The notes beneath the pieces are model-generated. The model made no database searches. It saw only the letters and a program-made list of their open reading frames with translations, and had not been told where the DNA came from. This document shows, piece after piece, positions 19,082-29,059 of a DNA stretch of 64,000 nt. The stretch covers positions 1 to 64,000 of the forward strand of contig JBFXLE010000004.1 in assembly GCA_050173015.1 (NCBI GenBank), in the 5' to 3' direction. Numbering within the stretch: position 1 is the first letter of the stretch; the number at the start of each line of letters is the position of its first letter. Source of the stretch: Calditrichaceae bacterium. Lineage in GTDB: Bacteria; Calditrichota; Calditrichia; Calditrichales; JBFXGD01. The position numbers and the translations under genes are program-made.

Positions 19082-19225
19082 TGATCCCCCCAAAAATGAA
19101 TGTTTCCGGAAGTAGAATTTACTTAACTTTTTATTGACTTAAGGAGATTCTAAACTGAAGAAATAAAAAAAATAACTCAACATACTCGACTCAAATTGCT
19201 ATCTGACATGTTAAGGAATGAATAT
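19082..19225 (+). mobile_element. Probable remnant of an IS3-family left end
   Basis: TGATCCCCCCAAAAATGAATGTTTCCGGAAGTAGAATTT...GGAGATTCT resembles IS407-group left ends (recalled, not searched), followed by a decayed OrfA-like start. Confidence 0.4.
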
Positions 19226-19288
19226 ACGTTGGACTTACAAGATGCCTTTAACCAACCAAGCAATTTTGTAAGCTCATTGAAACAATTA

Positions 19289-19337
19289 AAAATACAGCAG
19301 AACTTGCTGCCCGGTGGCACAAGTTCTGCTGATTTTT
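19289..19337 (-). terminator. Intrinsic terminator (possibly bidirectional) downstream of the TonB receptor gene
   Basis: CAGCAGAACTTG/CAAGTTCTGCTG 12-bp stem flanked by A/T tracts. Confidence 0.7.
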
Positions 19338-19451
19338 GATATAGTTAAAGCTGAATACCCGGAATTGCCGATTCGGGACAATCACTCTTCACTTTACCCA
19401 AGCGTGTACTTTTGCAATCTGAATGGTAATAAACCAATCCATATTTTCGGC

Positions 19452-21782
19452 TTAAAACTCAATTCTATAGCTTAGATTTGGTACTATAATACCTTCATAA
19501 TTTGTATTTACTTTTCCTGTTTTTAAGCTGTAAAAGTCATTCGAATATTCCTGCGCGCTGGTTAAATTTAAAATCTGTAATGACCATACAGAGGAATACT
19601 TGGGTTCATTTGTACGATATGACACCGTGAAGGAAAAAACGGGAATATCCTGAAATTTTTTATCAAAAGCTTCGCTGCCGGTTTCACCATAAACCACTTC
19701 CTTTTCAATTAAGGAAGCTTGTTCGTCAATGGCATCTTTGCGATTTCCACCTAAATAGTTAAGGCGGATGTTGGCGCCAAGTATATTGTCTTTATTTTTT
19801 CCAACGGCCCATTCTTTACCGACGAGTAGATTAAAAACATAGTTTTTATTAAACCTCGTATTTCGTGTGATACCATCAGCAGCGGTATATTTTGAATCAA
19901 AAATCGACGCCGTCGCCAGATAGTAGAAGCCGTTGTACAGAAAACGTTCAATCGTTACATCCACACCTATATTTCTGCCGCTGCCTTTACTGACCAGGGC
20001 TTCATTAAAAAAGACATCATTTTGCATATTGATGGTTGAAACATAACCATCCAGCGAAACCGGGATATTGGTTAACTTCTGATAGTATGGTTCAATACAC
20101 AATCTCAAATCATCATTAAGCTTTACATTGTAGGCGAGAACATAATGCGCGGATTTTAAAAGATCGAGATTTTTATTCGGATTGCTGCCGTCAACATCAA
20201 CAAAATATATCGGTAACCTTTCAATCCGGCTGTGCAAACCATATGCAAATGCCAGGCTGTGTTTATCGTTAATATCGTACTTTAGACCTACCCGTGGTTC
20301 AATAGAATACTTATCATTTAAAAACAGGTATTGCCCGTGCACACCAATATTCAGAGATAATCCGGGAGCCGTGGTAATTTTGGATTGTGTGTAAAGCTGC
20401 AGCAAGCCGGACTGTCCCTGCTGTTTAGCCAGCGTAACCGGCGTTTCACCCTCAGCCTGAGATTGCTCAATATCCATATCATAACCGAGTTGACTGTAAT
20501 AAAAACCCGTTTGATTGCTATGTTTTTTATTAAAACGTTTACCAATACTTGACTGAATCGTGTAACGCCAGGTATGATTATCAATATGAGATTGAGGGCG
20601 TGGCTGTAATGAATAATTTATTCTCTGTTCGTTGTGTGATAAGCCGTTGCCTGTTGCTGACAAAGTACTGTTTAGAAACGTGCTTGAATTTAAAACCATT
20701 TTATGTGACAGGCCGGTGGCAAACATGTATAATTCGGTTTGTGAATTATCCCTGTCCGAATTGGCTTCCCAATCTGTGCTGTCCGCGGCGTCCATTTCCT
20801 GTCCATCCAAAGCGCCGATACCCCAAAGTGAAAAAGTGCCTGTTTTTTTTGTAGGGAAATTTGTTTTAAATGAAAAGTCCTGGTATTTCAAAATACCAGT
20901 GTCCTCCGGTAAAACGGGAGAGATAAGCGCCATAGTAGAATAACGATAGTTCATAATGTAGGATGCGTCATGACCCATGACAAACGGACCCTGCGTCGAA
21001 AAGTCTACGCCGATCACACCAGCCTGTATAGTATATTCGCGCTTATTCGAGTTACCTGTTTTCAGGTTGATATCAAAAACACCAGAGGCTGCGTTGCCAT
21101 ACTCGGCAGGGAACGCGCCGGTGTAGAAATCACTGTTTCCCGTCATTTGATTGCTCAGCGCCGTCAACAAACCGCCGCCCACAACAGTTAGGTCGGCGAA
21201 GTGGTTTGGATTCGGCGCTTCCACGCCCTCAATTCTCCATAACAAACCTTCGGGATTATTCCCGCGAACAGAGATTCCATTGCTGACCACCGACGGAGTT
21301 GCAACACCAGCAAAAGAAGATGCTAATCGCGCAGGATCATCAATACCACCGGCGTAACGTTGTGTTTCTTCAACGGTAAATTGCCGGCTGCTGACAGTCG
21401 TCATCGTGTTAAGTGGAATATCCTTGTTGATTTTTACAACAACCGCATCCGTTTCCAAAATCGCTTGTTGGAGCGCAACATCTAAAAAAGGCTGCTGACC
21501 TGAGCTTATCAATAGCTCATTCACGATATAACTTTCATACCCCATCATGGTTACCTGGATGTTTTGGCGACCCACCGGTACTTTTTCCAGAGTAAAATTG
21601 CCGTCCATGTCAGAAGTTGTTCCAATGCAGGGATCTGTGTCTAAAACTATGATATATGCGACAGGCAGGGCTTCTTTTGTTAAATTATCATACACTTTAC
21701 CTCTTACGGATTGAGTTAGTGATTGTGAAAAAGATACAGAGCAAAAAATGAGCGTAAACAGGGTGATTAATAGATTTTTCAT
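19452..21782 (-). CDS. TonB-dependent outer membrane receptor with N-terminal carboxypeptidase-regulatory-like domain
   Basis: Signal peptide; DDPARLASSFAGV, ISVRG, PNPNHFA, GAFPAEYGNA plug motifs; C-terminal YRIEF. Confidence 0.92.
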   Translation of the reverse strand: MKNLLITLFTLIFCSVSFSQSLTQSVRGKVYDNLTKEALPVAYIIVLDTDPCIGTTSDMDGNFTLEKVPVGRQNIQVTMMGYESYIVNELLISSGQQPFLDVALQQAILETDAVVVKINKDIPLNTMTTVSSRQFTVEETQRYAGGIDDPARLASSFAGVATPSVVSNGISVRGNNPEGLLWRIEGVEAPNPNHFADLTVVGGGLLTALSNQMTGNSDFYTGAFPAEYGNAASGVFDINLKTGNSNKREYTIQAGVIGVDFSTQGPFVMGHDASYIMNYRYSTMALISPVLPEDTGILKYQDFSFKTNFPTKKTGTFSLWGIGALDGQEMDAADSTDWEANSDRDNSQTELYMFATGLSHKMVLNSSTFLNSTLSATGNGLSHNEQRINYSLQPRPQSHIDNHTWRYTIQSSIGKRFNKKHSNQTGFYYSQLGYDMDIEQSQAEGETPVTLAKQQGQSGLLQLYTQSKITTAPGLSLNIGVHGQYLFLNDKYSIEPRVGLKYDINDKHSLAFAYGLHSRIERLPIYFVDVDGSNPNKNLDLLKSAHYVLAYNVKLNDDLRLCIEPYYQKLTNIPVSLDGYVSTINMQNDVFFNEALVSKGSGRNIGVDVTIERFLYNGFYYLATASIFDSKYTAADGITRNTRFNKNYVFNLLVGKEWAVGKNKDNILGANIRLNYLGGNRKDAIDEQASLIEKEVVYGETGSEAFDKKFQDIPVFSFTVSYRTNEPKYSSVWSLQILNLTSAQEYSNDFYSLKTGKVNTNYEGIIVPNLSYRIEF

Positions 21783-21843
21783 GATGTTGACCTTTATATA
21801 AATTTGGTTTTTATTATAATGACATGATTGTGTGAACATGATT

Positions 21844-22671
21844 TTAGTTTTTAGCTAAATTTTTAAAGAAAAAATCTTTTTCTCTCAGAATTAAATAGAA
21901 TGAAAAAAAGATCAGCAATACGGTTTGTATCACCTTGCTCATGGGATGAGTTTGAAAGATTTCATTAAAGTACCCGGCCGTGATATGAAAAATGACCGCG
22001 ACCAGTATATTTCTGTTGGTTTTGTAATACAGCCAGTTCATGATCAGCACAAAGGGAATGATACTGATAAAAAAGTTCAAAGAATAAATCAGTCCGGATT
22101 CGACTAGATTGCTGTGATAATAATCTTTAATTGTGGAAAGCGGAAAATGCCAGATCCCCCAATACAAAGCGAACATAATCGATGTTGTAAACAAACTGAA
22201 ACGTGACCGTAAGCAGTCTGTACCGTAGGAATGCCAGGCTAGTTCTTCAAGAAAAGGCGCCGCGATCAATAGCAACCAAACCGGGAAAACTGCTGAAGTA
22301 AAAGAAAAAGAACCGGCCAATCTGAATTGAGTGGCGCTGTAGCCAAACAACAATGAGACTGCCTGCGCCAGAAAGATGCTACCCAGCATAAAAAAGCAGG
22401 CAGCAAGCCAATATTTGACTTTTACACCTTTAAAATTAAAAAAGCGTCCCAGCATATCGCTTCGCAATTGCTGGTCGGGCAGGATCAATAGTAAAGCGAC
22501 AATGTTAGGCGCTATTAATCCAAGAAAAGCAAAACCTCCCGCGGCAAGGGTGAGTGTATTATTGCCCGGTGTAATGTGGCTGATATGACCGGCAATAAAC
22601 CAGCACGTCCATGGCAGGATAGTTGACAAGCTATAAAAGAGAACGGGGTGTTGATACTTTTTAATAATCAT
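21844..22671 (-). CDS. CPBP/Abi (CAAX) intramembrane metalloprotease
   Basis: EELAWHSY, WGIWH, AVIFH motifs. Confidence 0.9.
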   Translation of the reverse strand: MIIKKYQHPVLFYSLSTILPWTCWFIAGHISHITPGNNTLTLAAGGFAFLGLIAPNIVALLLILPDQQLRSDMLGRFFNFKGVKVKYWLAACFFMLGSIFLAQAVSLLFGYSATQFRLAGSFSFTSAVFPVWLLLIAAPFLEELAWHSYGTDCLRSRFSLFTTSIMFALYWGIWHFPLSTIKDYYHSNLVESGLIYSLNFFISIIPFVLIMNWLYYKTNRNILVAVIFHITAGYFNEIFQTHPMSKVIQTVLLIFFSFYLILREKDFFFKNLAKN

Positions 22672-22854
22672 GATGACTCCTTTTCTATAAAATTAAATGT
22701 TGAGCGAATATAGAATACAGAAAGGAGTCCGTTGCCCAATCGTATGGGATTGGACTTATTTGTGGTACAGGCCTGTAGGGTTGCACCTGTAATTACAATA
22801 TTTACATAAAGTTAAGAGAAAAAGAAAATTTTTAAAAATTTTTGGGTAATCGCA

Positions 22855-23985
22855 TTATGCGTGAAGATTGGCCATATAATTGGAGGGGGTAATGCCTTTA
22901 TGTTTTTTGAATACGTTGTTAAATGAAGATTTTGAGTTGAAACCGGCATCGAGGGCATGAGCAAGAATGCTGAAATTTCTATTTGCTGACGCGTTTTTAA
23001 TGAATTCTTCAACTCTGTATTTGTTTACAAAATCGTGGAAGTTCATTTTTTCATTTTGATTGATGATTTGTGACAGATGATTTACAGAAATATTTAAGCT
23101 GGTAGCAAGATCACTTAAAGTCAGTTTAGGATTAGTATAGGGCTTTTCCGTCTCCATCAGATCCAGCAACTTTTGGTGGACATCTTCTGCTTTTTCTTGC
23201 TTTAGTCCTGATTTTTTATATTCTCCATTTAATTTGGATTGAACCAATCGTACTTTTTTCTCACTTGAATCTTCAGTGAAAATATTCTGATGTCTAATTC
23301 CGAAAAAACCAATACAAATCACAAAAATAACGATCATAATGTAGAAAATAAAATCGGCATTAAACGGAAACTCTAACCCCATACCATCTTTAATAAAATA
23401 TACTACGGCGACAGTAAAAAATAGCAGACCTGTTCCATAGATACAGTATTTTAACCAATCGAGACTGATGCGGTTGTTGTAGGAAAAATTATCATTTATA
23501 AGCTGATTGTATTTCTCTATCCATCGGTACGCCAATATCGGATAAATCAGCCCGGATACAATAAATGCCACCAGTGCAATGACAGAGAAGATGGCGAAAT
23601 CATTGACAAGGCCTTTGTCTACCAATACTTTTTCTTGCGCAGAATAAAAAAAGTAAAATCGGCACATATACAACCACACTAATAAAGCCGGCGCAAAATG
23701 TAGATAATCCACCTTTCGCAATCTCTTCTCATCCCGCAGCGAGTAAAGCGTGTAGAGAAAAAGCATAGGACCGTGTAGCAACGGAACCGGCAATGTGACG
23801 CCGACCATGTGCGGATATTTTGTCCAAAAGTCAAGCGAATAAAGATAGTAACTCGTTAAATGGATGCCAATTATACTCAACCAAATAGCAAGAATAATGT
23901 CTGGTAAATATTTTTGTTTTTTAGCGGCAAGCAAGAGTGAGAGAAAAAACGACATAAAAATGCCAACGGTAAATATAGTGTTCAT
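22855..23985 (-). CDS. Membrane-anchored AraC-family regulator
   Basis: ~7 TM N-terminus; LSQIIN...FHDFVNKYRVE...AGFNSKSSFNNVFKK...TPS. Confidence 0.92.
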   Translation of the reverse strand: MNTIFTVGIFMSFFLSLLLAAKKQKYLPDIILAIWLSIIGIHLTSYYLYSLDFWTKYPHMVGVTLPVPLLHGPMLFLYTLYSLRDEKRLRKVDYLHFAPALLVWLYMCRFYFFYSAQEKVLVDKGLVNDFAIFSVIALVAFIVSGLIYPILAYRWIEKYNQLINDNFSYNNRISLDWLKYCIYGTGLLFFTVAVVYFIKDGMGLEFPFNADFIFYIMIVIFVICIGFFGIRHQNIFTEDSSEKKVRLVQSKLNGEYKKSGLKQEKAEDVHQKLLDLMETEKPYTNPKLTLSDLATSLNISVNHLSQIINQNEKMNFHDFVNKYRVEEFIKNASANRNFSILAHALDAGFNSKSSFNNVFKKHKGITPSNYMANLHA

Positions 23986-24582
23986 AGCCGGGCTGTCTTT
24001 TTATTTAAAAACAACTGTGATTAAACAAAATTAATCATACATGATGATTAATGACAGGGATTAAACTCAAATAAAATATCAAATTCTCATTTGCATATAT
24101 TTTAAATTACAAAGATTTAGGATGCAAGTATCACTTGGTTTAATTATCCCCATAGAAAACGGTGGTACCCTTAGATATTGCAATTGGCAATGGCGCTCAA
24201 ATCTTGTCTTTGGTTGAGAATTAGTATTTTCCCTTCCATCAAAAATTCTTTAAGAGTTTGTTGAAGAAAAATAATAAAATTATATATCTATCCATTGCTG
24301 AATCAAACCATAGCAATTTTATGATCTATTGTTGAAATCAATTGGATATTGCCTTTAATCGTCCAGAAGGCTCCATCCGGAACTCACATAAAAATTTATG
24401 CAGTACCGGTCAGATAAGTTGTTAAATTTATTTTAAAATGCAAGAAAAGTACTTTAAAATGATTTGAAGGGAAAACCAATTATTAGATTAAATGATGATG
24501 CTGGTTGGTCATAAGAATAAAATTTAAAGATTGTTTGGATTAGGGAGGTCCGTTAAATTAGGCTGAATGATTTTTATTGATG

Positions 24583-24719
24583 GGCCTTATCTCATCAGGC
24601 TCATGCTGAATTTAAACACTTGCGGTTCTATTGAAAAAACCTACAATCACGGAAATGTCTTTTTAATTTACAAATTACTGGTCGCGAGGATAAAATCAGC
24701 ATTACCAGCACCGTTAACC
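24583..24719 (+). other. Degenerate attC site
   Basis: ATGCTGAATTT/AAAATCAGCAT arms; right core GTTAACC; left core eroded. Confidence 0.6.
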
Positions 24720-24758
24720 GCTACATGAATTACGATTTAACAAACTTTGAGGTAGAAT

Positions 24759-25655
24759 ATGAAAGTGTTCCGATTTATACAAATTTTGATATTCGGGAAT
24801 CTTCTTTTTCTATGTTATCTGCAAGCGGGAAGTGATTTGGATAAGGGAATTCAATATATAGAGCAAGGAGAATTTGAGGTTGCAAAAGAATTTTTTCTTG
24901 AAAAAGTAAAAGAAAATAAAGACGATGCTGCTGCCAATCATTATTTGGGTCGTACGTATTTGCTTTTAAGGAATCATGACAAGGCAATTGAATATTTGGA
25001 AAGAGCGATTGAACTTAACAGCAATATCGCGGATTATCATTTTTGGTTAGGCCAGGCACTGGGAATAAAAGCACAGAATTCTAATATAATAAAACAGGCT
25101 TTTATTGCTCCAAAAATACTCAAAGAATTTGAGAAGACGATAGAACTTGATTCAACTCATACCGGTGGTCATGTCGGTGCAGCTAATTTTTATATTCAAG
25201 CGCCTTCAATCATGGGTGGCGATATGGGAAAAGCGCGTAAAGAAGCTGAAATTCTTTTAACTTTGAATGAAATGCAGGGGCAATTAATTTTAATTGCAAT
25301 ATATGAAAAGGAAAATAGACCGGATCTGGCAGAGCAAGCGTATGAAGAGTACGAGAAATCCTTAGATGATTCAACAGGTAATTATCAATTTTACAACAAT
25401 TATGGTTATTTCCTTTTAAAACAGAAGAAATATAACAAAGCGATAAAAATTTTTCAAAAACAAGTAAGATTAGCGCCCGACGAGGCAAATCCGCATGATA
25501 GTTTAGGTGATAGTTACAGGGCGGCCGGGAGACTTGAAGAAGCTTTATCCGAATATCAGAAAGCAGTGGAAATTGATGCCACCTTTAAACCATCCCTAAA
25601 AAAGATTAAGGAACTGAAAGCGCAAATTCGGAAAAATAAAAACGAAGACTCATAA
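24759..25655 (+). CDS. Secreted tetratricopeptide-repeat protein
   Basis: Signal peptide; multiple TPR motifs (HYLGRTY, YHFWLGQAL, PHDSLGDSY). Confidence 0.88.
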   Translation: MKVFRFIQILIFGNLLFLCYLQAGSDLDKGIQYIEQGEFEVAKEFFLEKVKENKDDAAANHYLGRTYLLLRNHDKAIEYLERAIELNSNIADYHFWLGQALGIKAQNSNIIKQAFIAPKILKEFEKTIELDSTHTGGHVGAANFYIQAPSIMGGDMGKARKEAEILLTLNEMQGQLILIAIYEKENRPDLAEQAYEEYEKSLDDSTGNYQFYNNYGYFLLKQKKYNKAIKIFQKQVRLAPDEANPHDSLGDSYRAAGRLEEALSEYQKAVEIDATFKPSLKKIKELKAQIRKNKNEDS

Positions 25656-25714
25656 AATATTTTATGGCTATAATCATCAGCAAAGACATTGTAAAAATAT
25701 TATAAACAATAGGC

Positions 25715-25813
25715 GGTTAACAACAGCGTTAAGCCGGAATTTATCGTCAAATGATAAATTTCAAAAGGATTCATCCGCAAGCGCGCAAATCCCCTGATTG
25801 TGAGCCGATATGC
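25715..25813 (+). other. Degenerate attC site
   Basis: GGTTAAC (complementary to the preceding GTTAACCGC) ... GATATGC (GTT to GAT). Confidence 0.65.
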
Positions 25814-25868
25814 CGATTGCGATTATACAAAAGCGGTGGGAATTTTAAGAAACTTTAAGGAGCATTGC

Positions 25869-26570
25869 ATGGAGACAAATTCGAGTTCATTAAAGAACAC
25901 TGCAAGATTTGCCGGCTTACTGTATCTTATTCTTGTCATAACAGGTATCTATGGTATTATGTATTTACCGTCACAATTTATTGTAATGGGTGATACTGTC
26001 ACCACTGCCAAAAATATCCTTTCCAATGAATTTTTATTTCGTACAGGCGCCATTAATGATGTTATCAGCAACACCATATTCTTGTTTTTGGTTTTTGTTC
26101 TTTATCGACTGCTCAAACAGGTAAACGAGAATCAGGCCAGGCTTATGTTTGCGTTAGTTATAGTGCAAATTCCTGTTGTTTTTATTGTGGAGGCATTCAA
26201 TATTACTTCCCTTATGATTTTAAAAGGCGAAATACTAAAAACCTTCGAACTTAGTCAGCGACAAGATTTGGCAATGCTATTACTTAAAATTAATGACTTT
26301 GGAACATTACCATTAGAAATGTTCTGGGGGCTTTGGCTGCTCCCATTTGGTCTATTGGTTTATAAGTCCGAATTTATTCCGCGTATATTCGGGATATTGC
26401 TTGTGATTGCGGGAATCGCCTATATGATTGACAGTACTATAGCTTTGCTTATTCCAGACTATAGTGTATTTGTGAACAAACCGACACTCTTGTTCGCGGC
26501 AATAGGCGAGATTTCAATAACACTCTGGCTTTTGATTAAAGGAGTTAAGACACAAGAACGGAAAATATGA
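25869..26570 (+). CDS. DUF4386-family membrane protein
   Basis: TARFAGLLYL...FWGLWLLPFGLLVYKSEFIPRIFG...GEISITLWLLIKG. Confidence 0.88.
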   Translation: METNSSSLKNTARFAGLLYLILVITGIYGIMYLPSQFIVMGDTVTTAKNILSNEFLFRTGAINDVISNTIFLFLVFVLYRLLKQVNENQARLMFALVIVQIPVVFIVEAFNITSLMILKGEILKTFELSQRQDLAMLLLKINDFGTLPLEMFWGLWLLPFGLLVYKSEFIPRIFGILLVIAGIAYMIDSTIALLIPDYSVFVNKPTLLFAAIGEISITLWLLIKGVKTQERKI

Positions 26571-26584
26571 TGATTTTTAATGCG

Positions 26585-26728
26585 GTATTGCGAGCGCCTC
26601 AACAGCGACCGCTTTTTTAGCTTGGTAAATTAAAGATTTTTGAAATTGTGTTTTACTCGGTTTCTCTGTTCCGGGCTGCCGCCTGCCCGCTATTTTTTTT
26701 TAGCGGGGTTAGCGCAATGCCGATAGCA
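26585..26728 (+). other. Degenerate attC site
   Basis: AGCGCCTCAAC...GGGTTAGCGC arms; homologous to attC 14355 without its insert; right core GATAGCA. Confidence 0.7.
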
Positions 26729-26761
26729 ATTAAAGTCATCATAAGGTAATTTGGTAAAATA

Positions 26762-27284
26762 ATGTCTAATTCACGTTATTATCTTTATGGACTTCTGGTT
26801 CTTTTTCTGAATTTCTTGTTTTTAACAGCACAGGCATATAAAAGACACACCGGAACCATTCCTGATACTTTGAGATTAAAGCTCTGTCATCTGAGTATAG
26901 ATAGTTCTGAAGTAAAAAAAAACGAGATTGTATTTTTGTCTGGACACTTACTTAGGAGATTCAAATTGGTCTTCAGGTAATATATTCATTGATTTTATGT
27001 TAGAAGAGAATGGGATAAGTTTGGAAATATTAGGATGCGATCACGTAAATAATACAGAATTTTGGAAAAATAATATGGTTTTTTCAGACTTTTGGCAAAA
27101 AGCCGAAAGAGCTATTAAAGTACTTCCAGGATATTTCAATGATAACCTGAACTTACATATTTTTGTGAAACCCGGGAAAAAATTAAATTCCTTTTGCGTT
27201 ATCAGATGCGGATCATCTTTTATATTAAATCCGATAAAGACATTTAAAATTATTATCAACGAAGAGAATTATCATTGTCGATAA
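26762..27284 (+). pseudogene. Frameshifted gene for a hypothetical exported protein
   Basis: Two overlapping ORFs (26762-26980, 26928-27284) joined across the A-tract at ~26913-26922; signal-like N-terminus; fills one cassette. Confidence 0.55.
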
Positions 27285-27348
27285 ATTTGTTCTAATTATA
27301 GAATTATTAATATGTGTTTTAAAATAGCTGTTTGGTAAAAATATAAAT

Positions 27349-27452
27349 TGCTAACAATCCGCTGTAGCCGACGCTATCACATGTCCGGTGAATTGGAGAA
27401 ACTGTGAACCGGACAAAGTTTTCCCGACGCGGCTAAGAAGTCACTTTTAGAA
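27349..27452 (+). other. attC site with degenerate right core
   Basis: TGCTAAC ... TTTAGAA; TAGCCGACG/CGCGGCTA and TGTCCGGT/ACCGGACA arms. Confidence 0.75.
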
Positions 27453-27466
27453 AAATAGAAAAGAAT

Positions 27467-28693
27467 ATGAATAATACTGGCGAAACATACATATCGAATT
27501 TTTTCAAGCTTGAGTCAGCTGGTGGCATTCTTCTCATGGCCGCTGCTGTGTTGGCTCTGGTATTCGCTAATACGCCTTTACAATCTTACTACGCGTTGTT
27601 TCTTGATACTCCCGTCGAGGTTAGAATAGCCGCTCTAAAGATCGCGAAACCGTTATTACTCTGGATTAATGATGGATTAATGGCTGTCTTCTTTTTTCTT
27701 GTCGGTCTTGAATTAAAGCGGGAACTTATTGAAGGAGAGCTTTCAGATAAACGAAACATTATTTTGCCCGGCATTGGGGCAATCGGCGGCATGCTCGTTC
27801 CAGCTCTGATTTATACTTATTTTAACACTGGTGACGCCACGGCTATGAAAGGTTGGGCCATACCTACGGCAACCGACATTGCTTTTGCTCTTGGGGTGTT
27901 ATCCCTATTGGGCTCAAGAGTGCCTGTGAGTTTAAAAATATTTCTCACATCTTTGGCGATTTTTGATGACATTGGCGCGATTTTAATCATAGCCATATTC
28001 TACACGGCACAAATCTCACTTACATCACTTGTTGTGGTAGCTTTCTGTATCCCCATTCTTGCCTGGATAAATAAACGCAATCCCGATTCTATCAGCATTT
28101 ATATAGTGATAGGTACGGTCATGTGGGTAGCTATGTTGAAGTCCGGTGTTCATGCAACCTTAGCAGGGGTTATCCTTGCCATGTTTATCCCAATGAAATC
28201 TAAAACAAATGCAAATTACTCTCCGTTAAAAAGCATAGAACATGATTTACATTCTGTTGTCGCTTTTTTCGTTCTGCCCATTTTTGCATTCGCTAATGCA
28301 GGCATTAGTTTTACCGGCATTGGAGTAGAACAAGTTTTTCACGGCGTTCCTTTAGGTATCGCGCTTGGTTTATTTATAGGGAAACAGGCAGGTGTTTTCG
28401 GTCTATGTTGGCTTGCGATTAAGCTTAAATTAACCCGCTTGCCGACCGATATGTCCTGGAGTTCATTGTATGGCGCTGCCGCTCTTTGCGGTATTGGTTT
28501 TACCATGAGTCTATTTATCGGGTCGCTTGCTTTTGAAGAAACAGGTGTCAATCTAATGTTTGATGAACGACTCGGCATTATATTGGGTTCATTAGCCTCG
28601 GGCGTTGCCGGTTACCTGGTGTTAAACGCCGGTCTGCGTTCCAGCAATCAGCTCAACAAGGATGCGCCAAAAATTAGCGCACCTGTCAGGTGA
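27467..28693 (+). CDS. nhaA: Na+/H+ antiporter NhaA
   Basis: LLWINDGLMAVFF, GWAIPTATDIAFALG, LAIFDDIGA, KSGVHATLAG, GIGFTMSLFI. Confidence 0.96.
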   Translation: MNNTGETYISNFFKLESAGGILLMAAAVLALVFANTPLQSYYALFLDTPVEVRIAALKIAKPLLLWINDGLMAVFFFLVGLELKRELIEGELSDKRNIILPGIGAIGGMLVPALIYTYFNTGDATAMKGWAIPTATDIAFALGVLSLLGSRVPVSLKIFLTSLAIFDDIGAILIIAIFYTAQISLTSLVVVAFCIPILAWINKRNPDSISIYIVIGTVMWVAMLKSGVHATLAGVILAMFIPMKSKTNANYSPLKSIEHDLHSVVAFFVLPIFAFANAGISFTGIGVEQVFHGVPLGIALGLFIGKQAGVFGLCWLAIKLKLTRLPTDMSWSSLYGAAALCGIGFTMSLFIGSLAFEETGVNLMFDERLGIILGSLASGVAGYLVLNAGLRSSNQLNKDAPKISAPVR

Positions 28694-28703
28694 AACGTTA
28701 AAA
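28639..28703 (+). other. Short (65 bp) degenerate attC overlapping the 3' end of nhaA
   Basis: TTCCAGC-AATCAGCTCAACAAGGATGCGC-..-GCGCACCTGTCAGGTGAAAC-GTTAAAA; 59-base-element architecture. Confidence 0.65.
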
Positions 28704-28730
28704 ATGTATATAACATAAAGAGTTGCGGCA

Positions 28731-28826
28731 ATGATTGTGAAATATAGTAAGCTGCTGGGTAGATTGATTTGGTTGGCCAGTTTCGCGATGCTGCTCACAA
28801 GTTGTTCCGGATCAAGTGTAAGTTGA
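28731..28826 (+). pseudogene. Truncated lipoprotein gene start
   Basis: MIVKYSKLLGRLIWLASFAMLLTSCSGSSVS*, with lipobox LTSC, directly after an attC. Confidence 0.4.
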
Positions 28827-29059
28827 TCGCGCCCTAATCATACAAAGCAGCTCGACAAGGGCCCCTACTATTCAGGTGGTCATCAGCGGTCTGATTCACA
28901 ACGATGATCCTGCCCCTGGCACAGTGTCATTATGTACCTCATGTGAGGCAATCGATTATTAACCGGGTGAACATTTCAGGTTTTTAAAATTGTAATCAAA
29001 AACCATTAAAAGTAAATTGAGCGAGTTCAACCGTACAAACCATTTATACAAAAACAGAA

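Noticed and set aside
19751-22588. Short ORFs overlapping the TonB receptor and Abi protease genes, and similar antisense ORFs throughout the window
   Set aside because: Shadow frames of well-supported genes with no recognisable motifs
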